Part shown: piece by piece, positions 55,918 through 64,000 of the stretch
Layout of the letters: each line of letters begins with the position of its first letter
Numbering within the stretch: the stretch's first letter is position 1
Source: Thecamonas trahens ATCC 50062
Lineage: Eukaryota > Protista > Apusomonadida
Assembly: GCF_000142905.1 (NCBI RefSeq)
Contig: NW_013657674.1
Span: 342,709 to 406,708 of the forward strand
Direction: 5' to 3'
DNA length: 64,000 nucleotides
Position numbers and translations under genes: made by a program
The notes under the pieces: generated by a model
Seen by the model: only the letters and a program-made list of their open reading frames with translations
Told to the model about the DNA's origin: nothing
Database searches by the model: none

Positions 55918-55989
55918 GGCCCGAGCCCGGGATCGATCCGGGGACCACACCGATCCGAACGGTGTATCATACCACTAGACCACTCAGGC
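55918..55989 (-). tRNA. tRNA-Pro(CGG), copy 1
   Basis: Cloverleaf GCCTGAG-TG-GTCTAGTGGTATGAT-A-CACCG-TTCGGAT-CGGTG-TGGTC-CCCGG-ATCGATC-CCGGG-CTCGGGC-C, followed by a T7 Pol III terminator. Confidence 0.88.
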
Positions 55990-56083
55990 GATCTGCTAAC
56001 CACAAATCGTGGAAGCATGGTTTCGCATGCCTCCAGCAGGCATCTAGTATATGACGGTTGAGAGTCACGAGGGTGAGCGAAGT

Positions 56084-56093
56084 AAAAAAAAAA
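56084..56093 (-). terminator. Pol III oligo-T terminator of tRNA copy 2 (copy 1 has one at 55908-55914)
   Basis: A-run on the + strand 3 nt past the tRNA 3' end. Confidence 0.8.
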
Positions 56094-56096
56094 CAA

Positions 56097-56168
56097 GGCC
56101 CGAGCCCGGGATCGATCCGGGGACCACACCGATCCGAACGGTGTATCATACCACTAGACCACTCAGGC
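56097..56168 (-). tRNA. tRNA-Pro(CGG), copy 2 (identical)
   Basis: Identical 72-mer with unrelated flanks, followed by a T10 terminator. Confidence 0.88.
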
Positions 56169-56679
56169 CACCTGTTGTTGGAAATGAAGGGTTTAGACAT
56201 GGTATATAATGTGTGCATTGAATTCAACCTTTCTTACAGCCCTCCCATCTGCACCTCCATTCCTCAAATACTATTCTCTCTGTGTTGAACTCTCCCTGCA
56301 TGTCTCTTGTAGCTATGGCTAGAACCTCCAGCAAGGCAGTGGTCATCCCGCAAAGTCCCTGCTTGCCATCGTGAATGCACATGCTGCTTCACATTCGACC
56401 TCCGCAACAAGTGCTTCATCGAGCTACGCGCCAGCCACAGAAAAGCCCCATAAACGGCGCAGGAAAGTCCACCGTGCAACTTCCATCGACGCAAGCAGTT
56501 GACTGGGCAACATTTGCAGAGCTGCCGATGCTTCGGCTACGCTCAGAGCGTGCAATGGCAGGTCTTGTTGGTGGAGGTGAGAAAACGAGTGAGCCTAAAT
56601 CTGTTTACTGATCAGTGCCTCTCACTTGCAGCACACTCGTTACACACACAGCCGCGGTTGCGCGGTTGAGTTGTTTTCT

Positions 56680-57627
56680 TTAGAGTTCACTGTGGGTAGA
56701 AGACGGTGGAGCGAGACCAACAAGCCTGTTAACCCAGTCAGAAAAGTTTGTGTAGACTGAGGGAACAAAGAGGCCGATAAGGACAAGAATGATGAGGACG
56801 AGGCAGAGGCCGATCTGGGCTCGGAGCCTCGAGCCACCACAGCAGTCGACGATGGGACGGATGAGAGTGTAGGCCATCGACGGCTCGAGGAGGCCGACGG
56901 CAGTACACTTTGCAATGAGTTCGTCACGCTCGCCCTCGTCGTACTCGTCTAGCACAGCCTGGACTTTGTCAAGGTCCTCAGCCAGGATGGCGTCGCGCAG
57001 CGTGGCCGGCAGTGAGAGCAGGACCGTCCGCAGCTCGACAAACTGCGGATCTTTCTCCAGCTCGGCCATCTGCTGCAGTTCATCCTCAGAGAGAGCAGGC
57101 GTCTCGCCTTCGAGCGCCTCGACGTCTGCAGCAATACGGGTGTACGTCTCGAGCACATCGGCGTGGAAGGGCGAGACCGCAGCGAGCGCCTGGAGTCTAT
57201 CGACGTTGGACGCGTCGTCAGCCAGGGCAGCCAGCGGCTTTGCTGCGTCGCGGGCAACCGCCTCCAGCGCCAGCGTCAGTGCTGACTGCGGCGTCGCCGG
57301 GGCGATCTCGGCCGCGTCGTCGACCATCTTCAGCCCGTACTGCACAATCATGGCCTGATGGACAATCCGCGCCGCGGCATCGTGCCGGCCAAATCGCAGC
57401 TCAATGCACGCCCGCAGTGTCAGCGCTTCCAGCACATCCACCGCCATCACTGTCGTCCATCCGTCCGCCGTACCAAGCACCTTGGCCGACGCCGGCAGCT
57501 CACCCATGCCGAGCTCGGCAAACTGCGCCAGCGTCTCGTTGTCGAACAGCGCCAGCGGACTCTCCTCTGCTGGCCTCGTCTTGCCTGTCCCAGCTGCGGT
57601 CTCACCCGCTGTCTCTGTCGTTGCCAT
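56680..57627 (-). CDS. Cdc37-like protein (M and C domains) with C-terminal transmembrane anchor
   Basis: ACIELR...AARIVHQAMIVQY (Cdc37-M-like), SLPATLRDAILAEDLDKVQAVL..Y...E.DELIAKC..VGL (Cdc37-C-like), then IGLCLVLIILVLIGLFV. Confidence 0.65.
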   Translation of the reverse strand: MATTETAGETAAGTGKTRPAEESPLALFDNETLAQFAELGMGELPASAKVLGTADGWTTVMAVDVLEALTLRACIELRFGRHDAAARIVHQAMIVQYGLKMVDDAAEIAPATPQSALTLALEAVARDAAKPLAALADDASNVDRLQALAAVSPFHADVLETYTRIAADVEALEGETPALSEDELQQMAELEKDPQFVELRTVLLSLPATLRDAILAEDLDKVQAVLDEYDEGERDELIAKCTAVGLLEPSMAYTLIRPIVDCCGGSRLRAQIGLCLVLIILVLIGLFVPSVYTNFSDWVNRLVGLAPPSSTHSEL

Positions 57628-57738
57628 GCTCTGGTAGTCCTCTGTCTTTGGGTCGAGTGTTGCCGTCTTCGAACCCGACCGCCCAGGAACAGCCCGACCG
57701 AGCTGAGGAGGCGGCCGGCCGCGATGGCGTGTGTTATG

Positions 57739-58917
57739 TCACGACTCGTCGCTGCTAGACCTGGCGAGCTCTATCGCAGCAAGGACGTCGGCTGCATCGC
57801 CGTGCCCAACAGTCTCGCGCACTGCTTGAGCTTTCTGGCCATGACCAAGTGCGCCGGCGTCGAGGAGTCGCGCGATAGCGTCCATGCGGCCATTCTCGGC
57901 TGCAAGCCGAAGCGGGAGCTGGCCGCGGGTCGACGAGTCTACCCGCGAGTCGGCGAGAAGCGCATCAAGAACATCCATGTTTCCGCGCGAGATGGCAAGG
58001 AGCAGTGCTTCATGTCCCAGATCGGTCGGATCGACGGCAGGATGTTGGAGGAGGAGCAAGACGATGCCGAGCTGCCCGCGCTCGACAGCCTCGCACAGCG
58101 CCACGTTGGAGTCGACCGACGGATTAACTCGCGGATCGTCGAGCAGAATGGCGACCGTCGCTTCTCGTCCGTGGTAGCAGCTATCACGCAACGGCGCGTT
58201 GGCCTGCACAGTCGGATCGACCCGCTCGTCCGCGAGTAGTCGCGCCACCACAGCAGCGCTGTCGCCCGCCTCGCTCCGGCAAGCGTACAGAAGCGCGAGA
58301 TCGAAGAGCCAGCCGTCACCACGGCCACTCCCCCCACCAGCTCCATGTGTTGTGTTCGCCAGTATCAGCTCTACAGCGTGGAGCGCACCGATGTGCGCAG
58401 CGATGGGAAGCGCCATTCTCTGGCTCCAAGGCGGCGAAGCTGCCATGACTGCCTGGACGAGCTCACCCTCGAGGCCAAAGGCCAAGACAAGGCCGAGGAT
58501 TGAGACAAGCTCCAGGTCGCCGCAACCATAGGCCCACACCATGTACCGCTCGACCTTGCAGCAGACACCAGCGCGTGCCAGATGAGCCACTAGGGCGGTC
58601 CAGGCCGGATCGTCGCTTGCTTGAGCCGCCACCACTGGGCGGATCGAGCTCGCCGGCCACAGCCTCAGGCCGTCGGCAGCGGACGCGCCTCTCATCGCGC
58701 TGGCAGCAGCCAGTCGAGCACCGTCCCACAGCTTGTGCGCCACGCAAGCATTGTAGCCGCTCAAGGCGTGCGCATGTGCGCGGCTATACCGATCGCCAAG
58801 CAGCACGCCATGGAGAGCCTTGCACGTCATCGCCATCGCCAGCACGTCCGTCGCACCCAGCACGCCCACGCCGTATGCGATGGCGTGGAGAAGCTCGGCG
58901 GGCAGCACATCCAGCAT
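57739..58917 (-). CDS. F-box-like + ankyrin-repeat protein
   Basis: LDVLPAELLHAIA...D..AM..TCK.L followed by repeated A...G...V..LL.D.RVDP ankyrin units. Confidence 0.85.
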   Translation of the reverse strand: MLDVLPAELLHAIAYGVGVLGATDVLAMAMTCKALHGVLLGDRYSRAHAHALSGYNACVAHKLWDGARLAAASAMRGASAADGLRLWPASSIRPVVAAQASDDPAWTALVAHLARAGVCCKVERYMVWAYGCGDLELVSILGLVLAFGLEGELVQAVMAASPPWSQRMALPIAAHIGALHAVELILANTTHGAGGGSGRGDGWLFDLALLYACRSEAGDSAAVVARLLADERVDPTVQANAPLRDSCYHGREATVAILLDDPRVNPSVDSNVALCEAVERGQLGIVLLLLQHPAVDPTDLGHEALLLAISRGNMDVLDALLADSRVDSSTRGQLPLRLAAENGRMDAIARLLDAGALGHGQKAQAVRETVGHGDAADVLAAIELARSSSDES

Positions 58918-59403
58918 TGTGCACACACTACCCAATTCCAATCCGATGCTTCCACAAGTTGTGGCGGCGAGAGAGACGAGTGACAGCCACATACTTGCAC
59001 ATCGACGATTAGGTGCACGCTGATGCTGGACGTGCTGAAGCGAGAATCGGTCGTCTTATGGAAGCCGTCACTGATCAGAGCTCAATCTTTCCCAGTCCAC
59101 ACTGAGTCGCATTCTTCGTCTTTACTTCCTTCCTCTCAGCTCTCCCTCACTCAGTTGATCTCCCAAGTATGCGATGCCAGAGTGCTATGGCGTGCGTCAT
59201 GACGTGAGCCCTGCCGCGGTGCGGAGAAAAACCTGCCGCAGGTCATCAATTTGAGTGGCTCGGCAAGGGTTGAGGCGTTGGGCCTGGGGCTGGGGGTGTT
59301 GGGGCGACGGCAACAGCAGGGGACAGGGGAGGAGGACGGGGGGGGGAGGGGAGGGGCCCATAGTCAACGCCACGGCCACTCAGCTCTCCTTTGTCTGGTA
59401 GCC

Positions 59404-60660
59404 ATGGCAGAAGTGGAGGGCACGCCCAAGGGCAAGAGCAAGAGCAAGAAGCCCCCAGCCGTGCCCATGCAGCGCCACGGTCTCCTCGCACGGGTTGTGG
59501 CACCGATGTTGGCCGAGGCGGCGACTTGCTCGTCTTTGACTCGGGGAGAGAGCGGAGAGACGAGCGGTTCGCCAGAAACTGGTACACCTGCAGCAGCAAG
59601 TGAAACTGGTGCGCTGGCTGGAGTAGGTGGTGTGGGTGCCGACGGCTCGGGCCTTGTTCCCGAACCCTACCATCGCCAACACGTTGACGTCGGCCGGATC
59701 GTGACCAATGTGGGCGAGACAGCCGACCCGGACATGCTGCACGCCACCTTTGAAGGTCAGACCATCATTGTCCCGCGGACCTCGGTCGACATTCTCTGCG
59801 ATGAGGCCGGGAACTTGGTGCCCGATGCCGAACGGAAGGAGGCAAAGCGTGCCGAGAAGGAGGCCCGCAAGGTGGCCAAGGCTCGGAGTAAGACCCTACG
59901 GGAGCAGATGAAGAAGTCAGCCGACGTGACCGAGCTGTTCTCAGTCTCGGGGCCCATCTCGGTAGCTGCCGAGGCTCGCGCTGCCGTTGCTCTTGTTCGA
60001 GTCCGCCTCGACTTTGACGATCTGGCCTCGCCTGAGGCCGCTGGCGACGACGCGTCTTGGGTCTGGATCCTGCCCGGCGACGTGCTGGCCGTCTCCGACT
60101 CGGAGCCGCAGACGCTGACGCTAGTGTACGGCGAAGCTACCGGGAGGGCGCCGGCCGCGTGCTTCACCCTTCTGCTCGGTTCTGAGGCCCAATCGCGGCT
60201 CATCGAGGTCTCGGCCCGCATGCGGGCCAAGACCGCTCTCCTTAACGACGTCCGCCGTCGCCGCGTCCCGTCGTCGGCCGGACACGACTCAGGCTCGTCA
60301 TCAGCCTCGGACGATGACGCAGAGCTCCCACCTCCTGCTTCCTCTGCCGCCGATGGCGACGAAATCGTCTTTGAAGGCACTGTCGAGAAAAAGGGCGAGA
60401 AGCGCCACTCGTGGAAGACTCGGTTCTTCAGAGTTTACCGCAACCGCATCGAGTACTTTGCCAAAGCCAAGGACAAAAAGTCCAAGGGCGCTATCCCGCT
60501 TGGCGCCCACGTCTCGGTCCAGATGGTCGAGTACGAAGGTGACGCTGCCCATTTTCGCTTTGCCATCATCACCCCGGAGCGGACCTGGCTCCTCCGCGTC
60601 GACGACGAGGCAAATCGTGTTGCCTGGATCGAGGCGCTCAACTCTATCCTTAGTCAATAA
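59404..60660 (+). CDS. PH-domain protein with degenerate SH3-like segment(s)
   Basis: C-terminal PH: FEGTVEKKG..RHSWKTRFF, KG.IPL, F.IITPERTW.L, W...L. Confidence 0.8.
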   Translation: MAEVEGTPKGKSKSKKPPAVPMQRHGLLARVVAPMLAEAATCSSLTRGESGETSGSPETGTPAAASETGALAGVGGVGADGSGLVPEPYHRQHVDVGRIVTNVGETADPDMLHATFEGQTIIVPRTSVDILCDEAGNLVPDAERKEAKRAEKEARKVAKARSKTLREQMKKSADVTELFSVSGPISVAAEARAAVALVRVRLDFDDLASPEAAGDDASWVWILPGDVLAVSDSEPQTLTLVYGEATGRAPAACFTLLLGSEAQSRLIEVSARMRAKTALLNDVRRRRVPSSAGHDSGSSSASDDDAELPPPASSAADGDEIVFEGTVEKKGEKRHSWKTRFFRVYRNRIEYFAKAKDKKSKGAIPLGAHVSVQMVEYEGDAAHFRFAIITPERTWLLRVDDEANRVAWIEALNSILSQ

Positions 60661-60694
60661 CACACTGCCAACTGGCAGACGCAAGCAGTAGCAA

Positions 60695-62011
60695 TCAAAT
60701 TGTAATGTAGTCGTGGGCTCCGGCACGCATGGTCCGCACCTCGCCATGGTCCAAGTCGAGGGCGTCGATGTCGACAGCGCCGTCGCTCGCCTCGTCCTCG
60801 GCTTCCAGCCGGTGATACCACATGATGCCTGCCAGGAGGACCGGAAGGGCCGAGAGCGAGAGCCACGTCGTGTAATTGACCTGCATGTCCCATCCAAACG
60901 GCGTCGACCGGAAAAATGTCCAGAAGAGCGCGCCCAGCGGAGTAACCAGCGATGAGGCCACGACGTTGTAGTTTGCCGAGGCGTAGCGGAAGAGGAAGCC
61001 GCCAAACACGTATGACGCCACGTAGCCGCCGATAAAGACAACCGCAAAGAACGGGGCCCACGAGCAGCCTGCACCGCCAAAGGTGCACTGCAGATTGACC
61101 CACATCGAGTTGGGAAAAGCCTTGGCCGTCGAGACACCAAAGCCGGGAATGAACGCCGCCCAAAACGCGAGCCCAGCAGTGAGTAGCTGGTAGAGCGAGG
61201 TCCAGAAGAGCATAAAGTACAGGTTGAGCCGCCCCATCGACGACGCTGACGCCCCGATCGTCTTCAGCACCTTTTCCTCGTAGATGTTCATCAACGCCGC
61301 AGGCAGGAAGCCCACCATAAACACCATCGGCCACACGTACCGGGCCGACGACGACGACGAGTACCGCTCCGCCACGTCGTCCAGATTGAAGATCGTCGGC
61401 GTCAGTGCAATGAGCAGGCCCAGAACACACAACGCCGCGCATGCCACGTGCTTCCACGTCGTCTTGCGGTGGAGGAGCAGGTACGAGCCAGCAAAGGTGA
61501 ATGGGATGATGGCGTTGCCGAGGAGCGCCTGCAGAAACGGCGCCGTCCGCTGCGGCGGCGATGCAAAGACCACAAGGATGCCGTTGAGCGCATCGCACGC
61601 TCCAATGAGAGCGAGGAACTTGTGCGGGAACCGCGCCTCGACCTCTCCGAGCGCGTTGGTAAAGAGCTTGAGATACGCCACAACAAGGCCAAAGATGACC
61701 ACGTACGCTGCCGAGGCAAAGGTGAGGACAAAGTACGGATTGGCGCCAGCCGACGAATCGTCCAGTGCCACCAGCCACAGCGGAAGCGCCACATTCTGCG
61801 TCACACCTCCAAGTACAGCTCCGATGACACAGATTACCGCCAGCACCGTCGGCGAGATGGTGCCCAGCCGGGTCTCCAGCGATGGAAACTTTGGCGCACT
61901 CGGCTCGACAGGCACCGCCACAGCAGTGGCATTCACAGACTTGTTCCCGAGGCGGCCTCTACCTCTCGAGGCCAGCAATCCCTGACCCTCGTTAAGCACG
62001 CTCTTTGTCAT
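60695..62011 (-). CDS. CRT-like (chloroquine-resistance-transporter/DMT family) transporter
   Basis: About 10 TMs; IG..DALNG.LVVFAS...RT...LQ..L....IPFT, P.ALMN.Y.EK, W...YQ. Confidence 0.8.
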   Translation of the reverse strand: MTKSVLNEGQGLLASRGRGRLGNKSVNATAVAVPVEPSAPKFPSLETRLGTISPTVLAVICVIGAVLGGVTQNVALPLWLVALDDSSAGANPYFVLTFASAAYVVIFGLVVAYLKLFTNALGEVEARFPHKFLALIGACDALNGILVVFASPPQRTAPFLQALLGNAIIPFTFAGSYLLLHRKTTWKHVACAALCVLGLLIALTPTIFNLDDVAERYSSSSSARYVWPMVFMVGFLPAALMNIYEEKVLKTIGASASSMGRLNLYFMLFWTSLYQLLTAGLAFWAAFIPGFGVSTAKAFPNSMWVNLQCTFGGAGCSWAPFFAVVFIGGYVASYVFGGFLFRYASANYNVVASSLVTPLGALFWTFFRSTPFGWDMQVNYTTWLSLSALPVLLAGIMWYHRLEAEDEASDGAVDIDALDLDHGEVRTMRAGAHDYITI

Positions 62012-62843
62012 CTTTGTCGAGGTCCACCGTTTTTGTTGGCTGAGTCACAGAGAGGCTTTATGGCCGGTGTCTGGGGGTGGTGTGTGGCTTGTGGGATGGG
62101 TGTGGCGTACGTGCCTTTTTTGACATACCTTTTATTGCCACTGCATCTCCACTCACCCAGTCTGGGCATGGCAAACGCTCGTAGGTACAATATAAAGAGA
62201 TGTGTAGAGTGAGAGAGGCATGATCTGGTAGCACATATTGTGGATCAGAACATCGGTGACATTGATTGCACATCGGTCTTTGATATCCGCCCGTAGGCCC
62301 AAGAGTGGTTGTGTTGCGGTCGCGTGGGTCACGCGGTTTGAGCAGAGTTTTCTCCCACGAACCGTCGAATAGAAGGCACTCACTGCCCAACACGGTCGGC
62401 TGCGATGTACGAACGTGTGGACCACGTGTCCTCATCGTGAACAAAGTCATCACTCGTTGTTTCGATTGTAGAGACCGGATGGCTGCAGCATGGGCGTAAG
62501 CGCTTGTCGTGGCATTGGCTCCGCGCAGGCTCGTCCGCTCCAGTCCCCTCCCTGCCGAGTCCCACCACATCCATATCATGACAATGTCACTCCAGAGCAT
62601 GATCGGGACGACTTTCAACTCCCTCCCCCCCTCCTTCCCCCCTCCCCCCCTCCCTCCCCCCCCCCCCCCCCCCCCACCGCCTTCCCATCATGCCCGGATC
62701 AGCCTCCCGATCAAGAGCCCCAACCGCTGAGGCTGGCCGCCGCCGACGTCCACTTCCCACCCCTTTCGCCACCTGCCAATGTCCCCCCCCTCCCCCCTCC
62801 CCTCCCCTTCCTCACCACCCACCTCACCCCCACACAGTCCTTC

Positions 62844-63278
62844 ATGTCTGCACGTGTCCGCTGGGTCCCTGACGAGGAGCGCACTCATTGTGCTGACTGC
62901 GGGAAGAAGTTCTCCCTCCTTGTCCGCCGGGTACGCCCTCCCCCCCCCCCCCTCCCTCCCCCCCTCCCTCCCGTCCCCCCGCCTCCTCTCACCCTCCCTC
63001 CCTCCTCCTCACAGCACCACTGCCGACGGTGCGGAGACATCTTCTGCAAACAATGCGCCAATGTGTTCCGCAAGATCCCTGAACTCGAGGTGACAGAGAT
63101 GGTTCGGGTGTGCAACCGTGGCTGCGACATTGCCTACGATGACGGCGTGTACTCGTCGGTCGGATCTGCCGTGCCTGCTCGGACTGCATCGCCGGTATCC
63201 TCGGTGGGCAAGTCGAAGAAAAAGAGCAAGAGCAAGGCTGTTACATCATCGTCCGATCTCGACTTTGGTGGCCTTTAG
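62844..63278 (+). CDS. Small FYVE-domain protein; exons 62844-62930, 63015-63278
   Basis: WVPD...C..C...F....RR|HHCRRCG.IFC..C...VRVC. An upstream exon is possible. Confidence 0.9.
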   Translation: MSARVRWVPDEERTHCADCGKKFSLLVRRVRPPPPPLPPPLPPVPPPPLTLPPSSSQHHCRRCGDIFCKQCANVFRKIPELEVTEMVRVCNRGCDIAYDDGVYSSVGSAVPARTASPVSSVGKSKKKSKSKAVTSSSDLDFGGL

Positions 63279-63381
63279 CTCGTCTGGCGTTGCCCGGCTC
63301 GCGCGCTCGAGTGCACCTGCTTGCCTCGCCGCACACGTCGCTGCTTAAAACAACATGACCTCGACGCCTGTGGTCGTTCTT

Positions 63382-64000
63382 TTACGAGTCGGCGCCGCAG
63401 ACACCGCAGACGCCACCGTTGACATCGACGACAGCGCATCCACCGCAGACGCCGCATCGCCAGGCGATGGCGGCGGCGTCGACGACCGTAGCGCCGGTGG
63501 CGATGCAGACCTCAAACGAGCGGTCGCACGAGTTGCAGGACGAGGCCCACGGCGCTGTGCTCGCCCCGCACCCTCCACAGCTTGTCGGCTTGGCCCGCCG
63601 GTCGCGCGGCGCGTTACGCTTGAAGACCTCCACCGCCAGCCGCTCGTATGCCTCGTCATTGGCGCCGAGGCTCTCGAGCTTGATAAACGCCAGCGAAGCT
63701 TGCTTGAAGAACCGGTTGAGGTACGCGGTGAGGGCAGCAAGCGAGGCCACTGCCCGAGAGTCGAGGAAAGCCTCAAAGTCGTCGGCAACCCGCAGTGCGG
63801 TCCGCATTGCCGCGTCGACGTCGCCGGCGTGCAGCTGCCGCTGCGCCAAGAGGTAGAGATGCAGCGCCTGTGCACCGCGCCACGCGGTGGCCAGCCCGTC
63901 GACGCCCGCGCCGTCGGCGCTGCTCTTGCCTGGCGAGCTCATGAGGCCAGCAAGCTTGGCGTCCGGCGACCACGACGACCGTCCACTGCTGCCGCTCCCT
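63382..64000 (-). CDS. WDR35: IFT121/WDR35 C-terminus, 5'-partial
   Basis: AWRGA.A.H..LLAQRQL, S.AFIKLESL, terminal Cys-rich C..C...C..C...CIATG...W.C..C. Confidence 0.88.
   Translation of the reverse strand, partial: GSGSSGRSSWSPDAKLAGLMSSPGKSSADGAGVDGLATAWRGAQALHLYLLAQRQLHAGDVDAAMRTALRVADDFEAFLDSRAVASLAALTAYLNRFFKQASLAFIKLESLGANDEAYERLAVEVFKRNAPRDRRAKPTSCGGCGASTAPWASSCNSCDRSFEVCIATGATVVDAAAIAWRCGVCGGCAVVDVNGGVCGVCGADS

Noticed and set aside
55918-56168. A37 tRNA-Pro as the cause of the frameshifted genes
   Set aside because: Loss of m1G37 promotes +1 shifts, whereas all five sites lack a base and would need -1. Some sites are G runs rather than Pro codons.

Overview
GC-rich, gene-dense eukaryotic nuclear DNA from a flagellated protist (RSP3, IFT121). 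Introns are few, short and 5'-biased with GTACGC donors; this style is consistent with an apusomonad such as Thecamonas, which is my inference and was not searched. I can support about 30 protein-coding genes, two identical tRNA-Pro(CGG) genes, a ~530-bp tandem duplication, several simple repeats and one N gap. Five genes breaks in four genes are each repaired by adding one base to a G/C homopolymer, which points to sequencing error. The most notable candidate is an intronless, bacterial-style [Macro-like + SIR2]x2 protein (22465-26009, minus) whose first SIR2 keeps its NADase motifs while the second has lost them all. It may be an NAD+-based immune or signalling effector. Other oddities: an orphan transketolase C-terminal fragment in frame behind a TAG stop, tRNA-Pro genes with A37 and an AUCGAUC T-loop, a tail-anchored Cdc37-like protein, a CPT1 with a natural M593S-equivalent, a small protein ending in a piggyBac-type zinc ribbon, and a calpain-III/RasGAP/SH3 fusion. 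All protein identities come from motif recognition by eye, not database searches.
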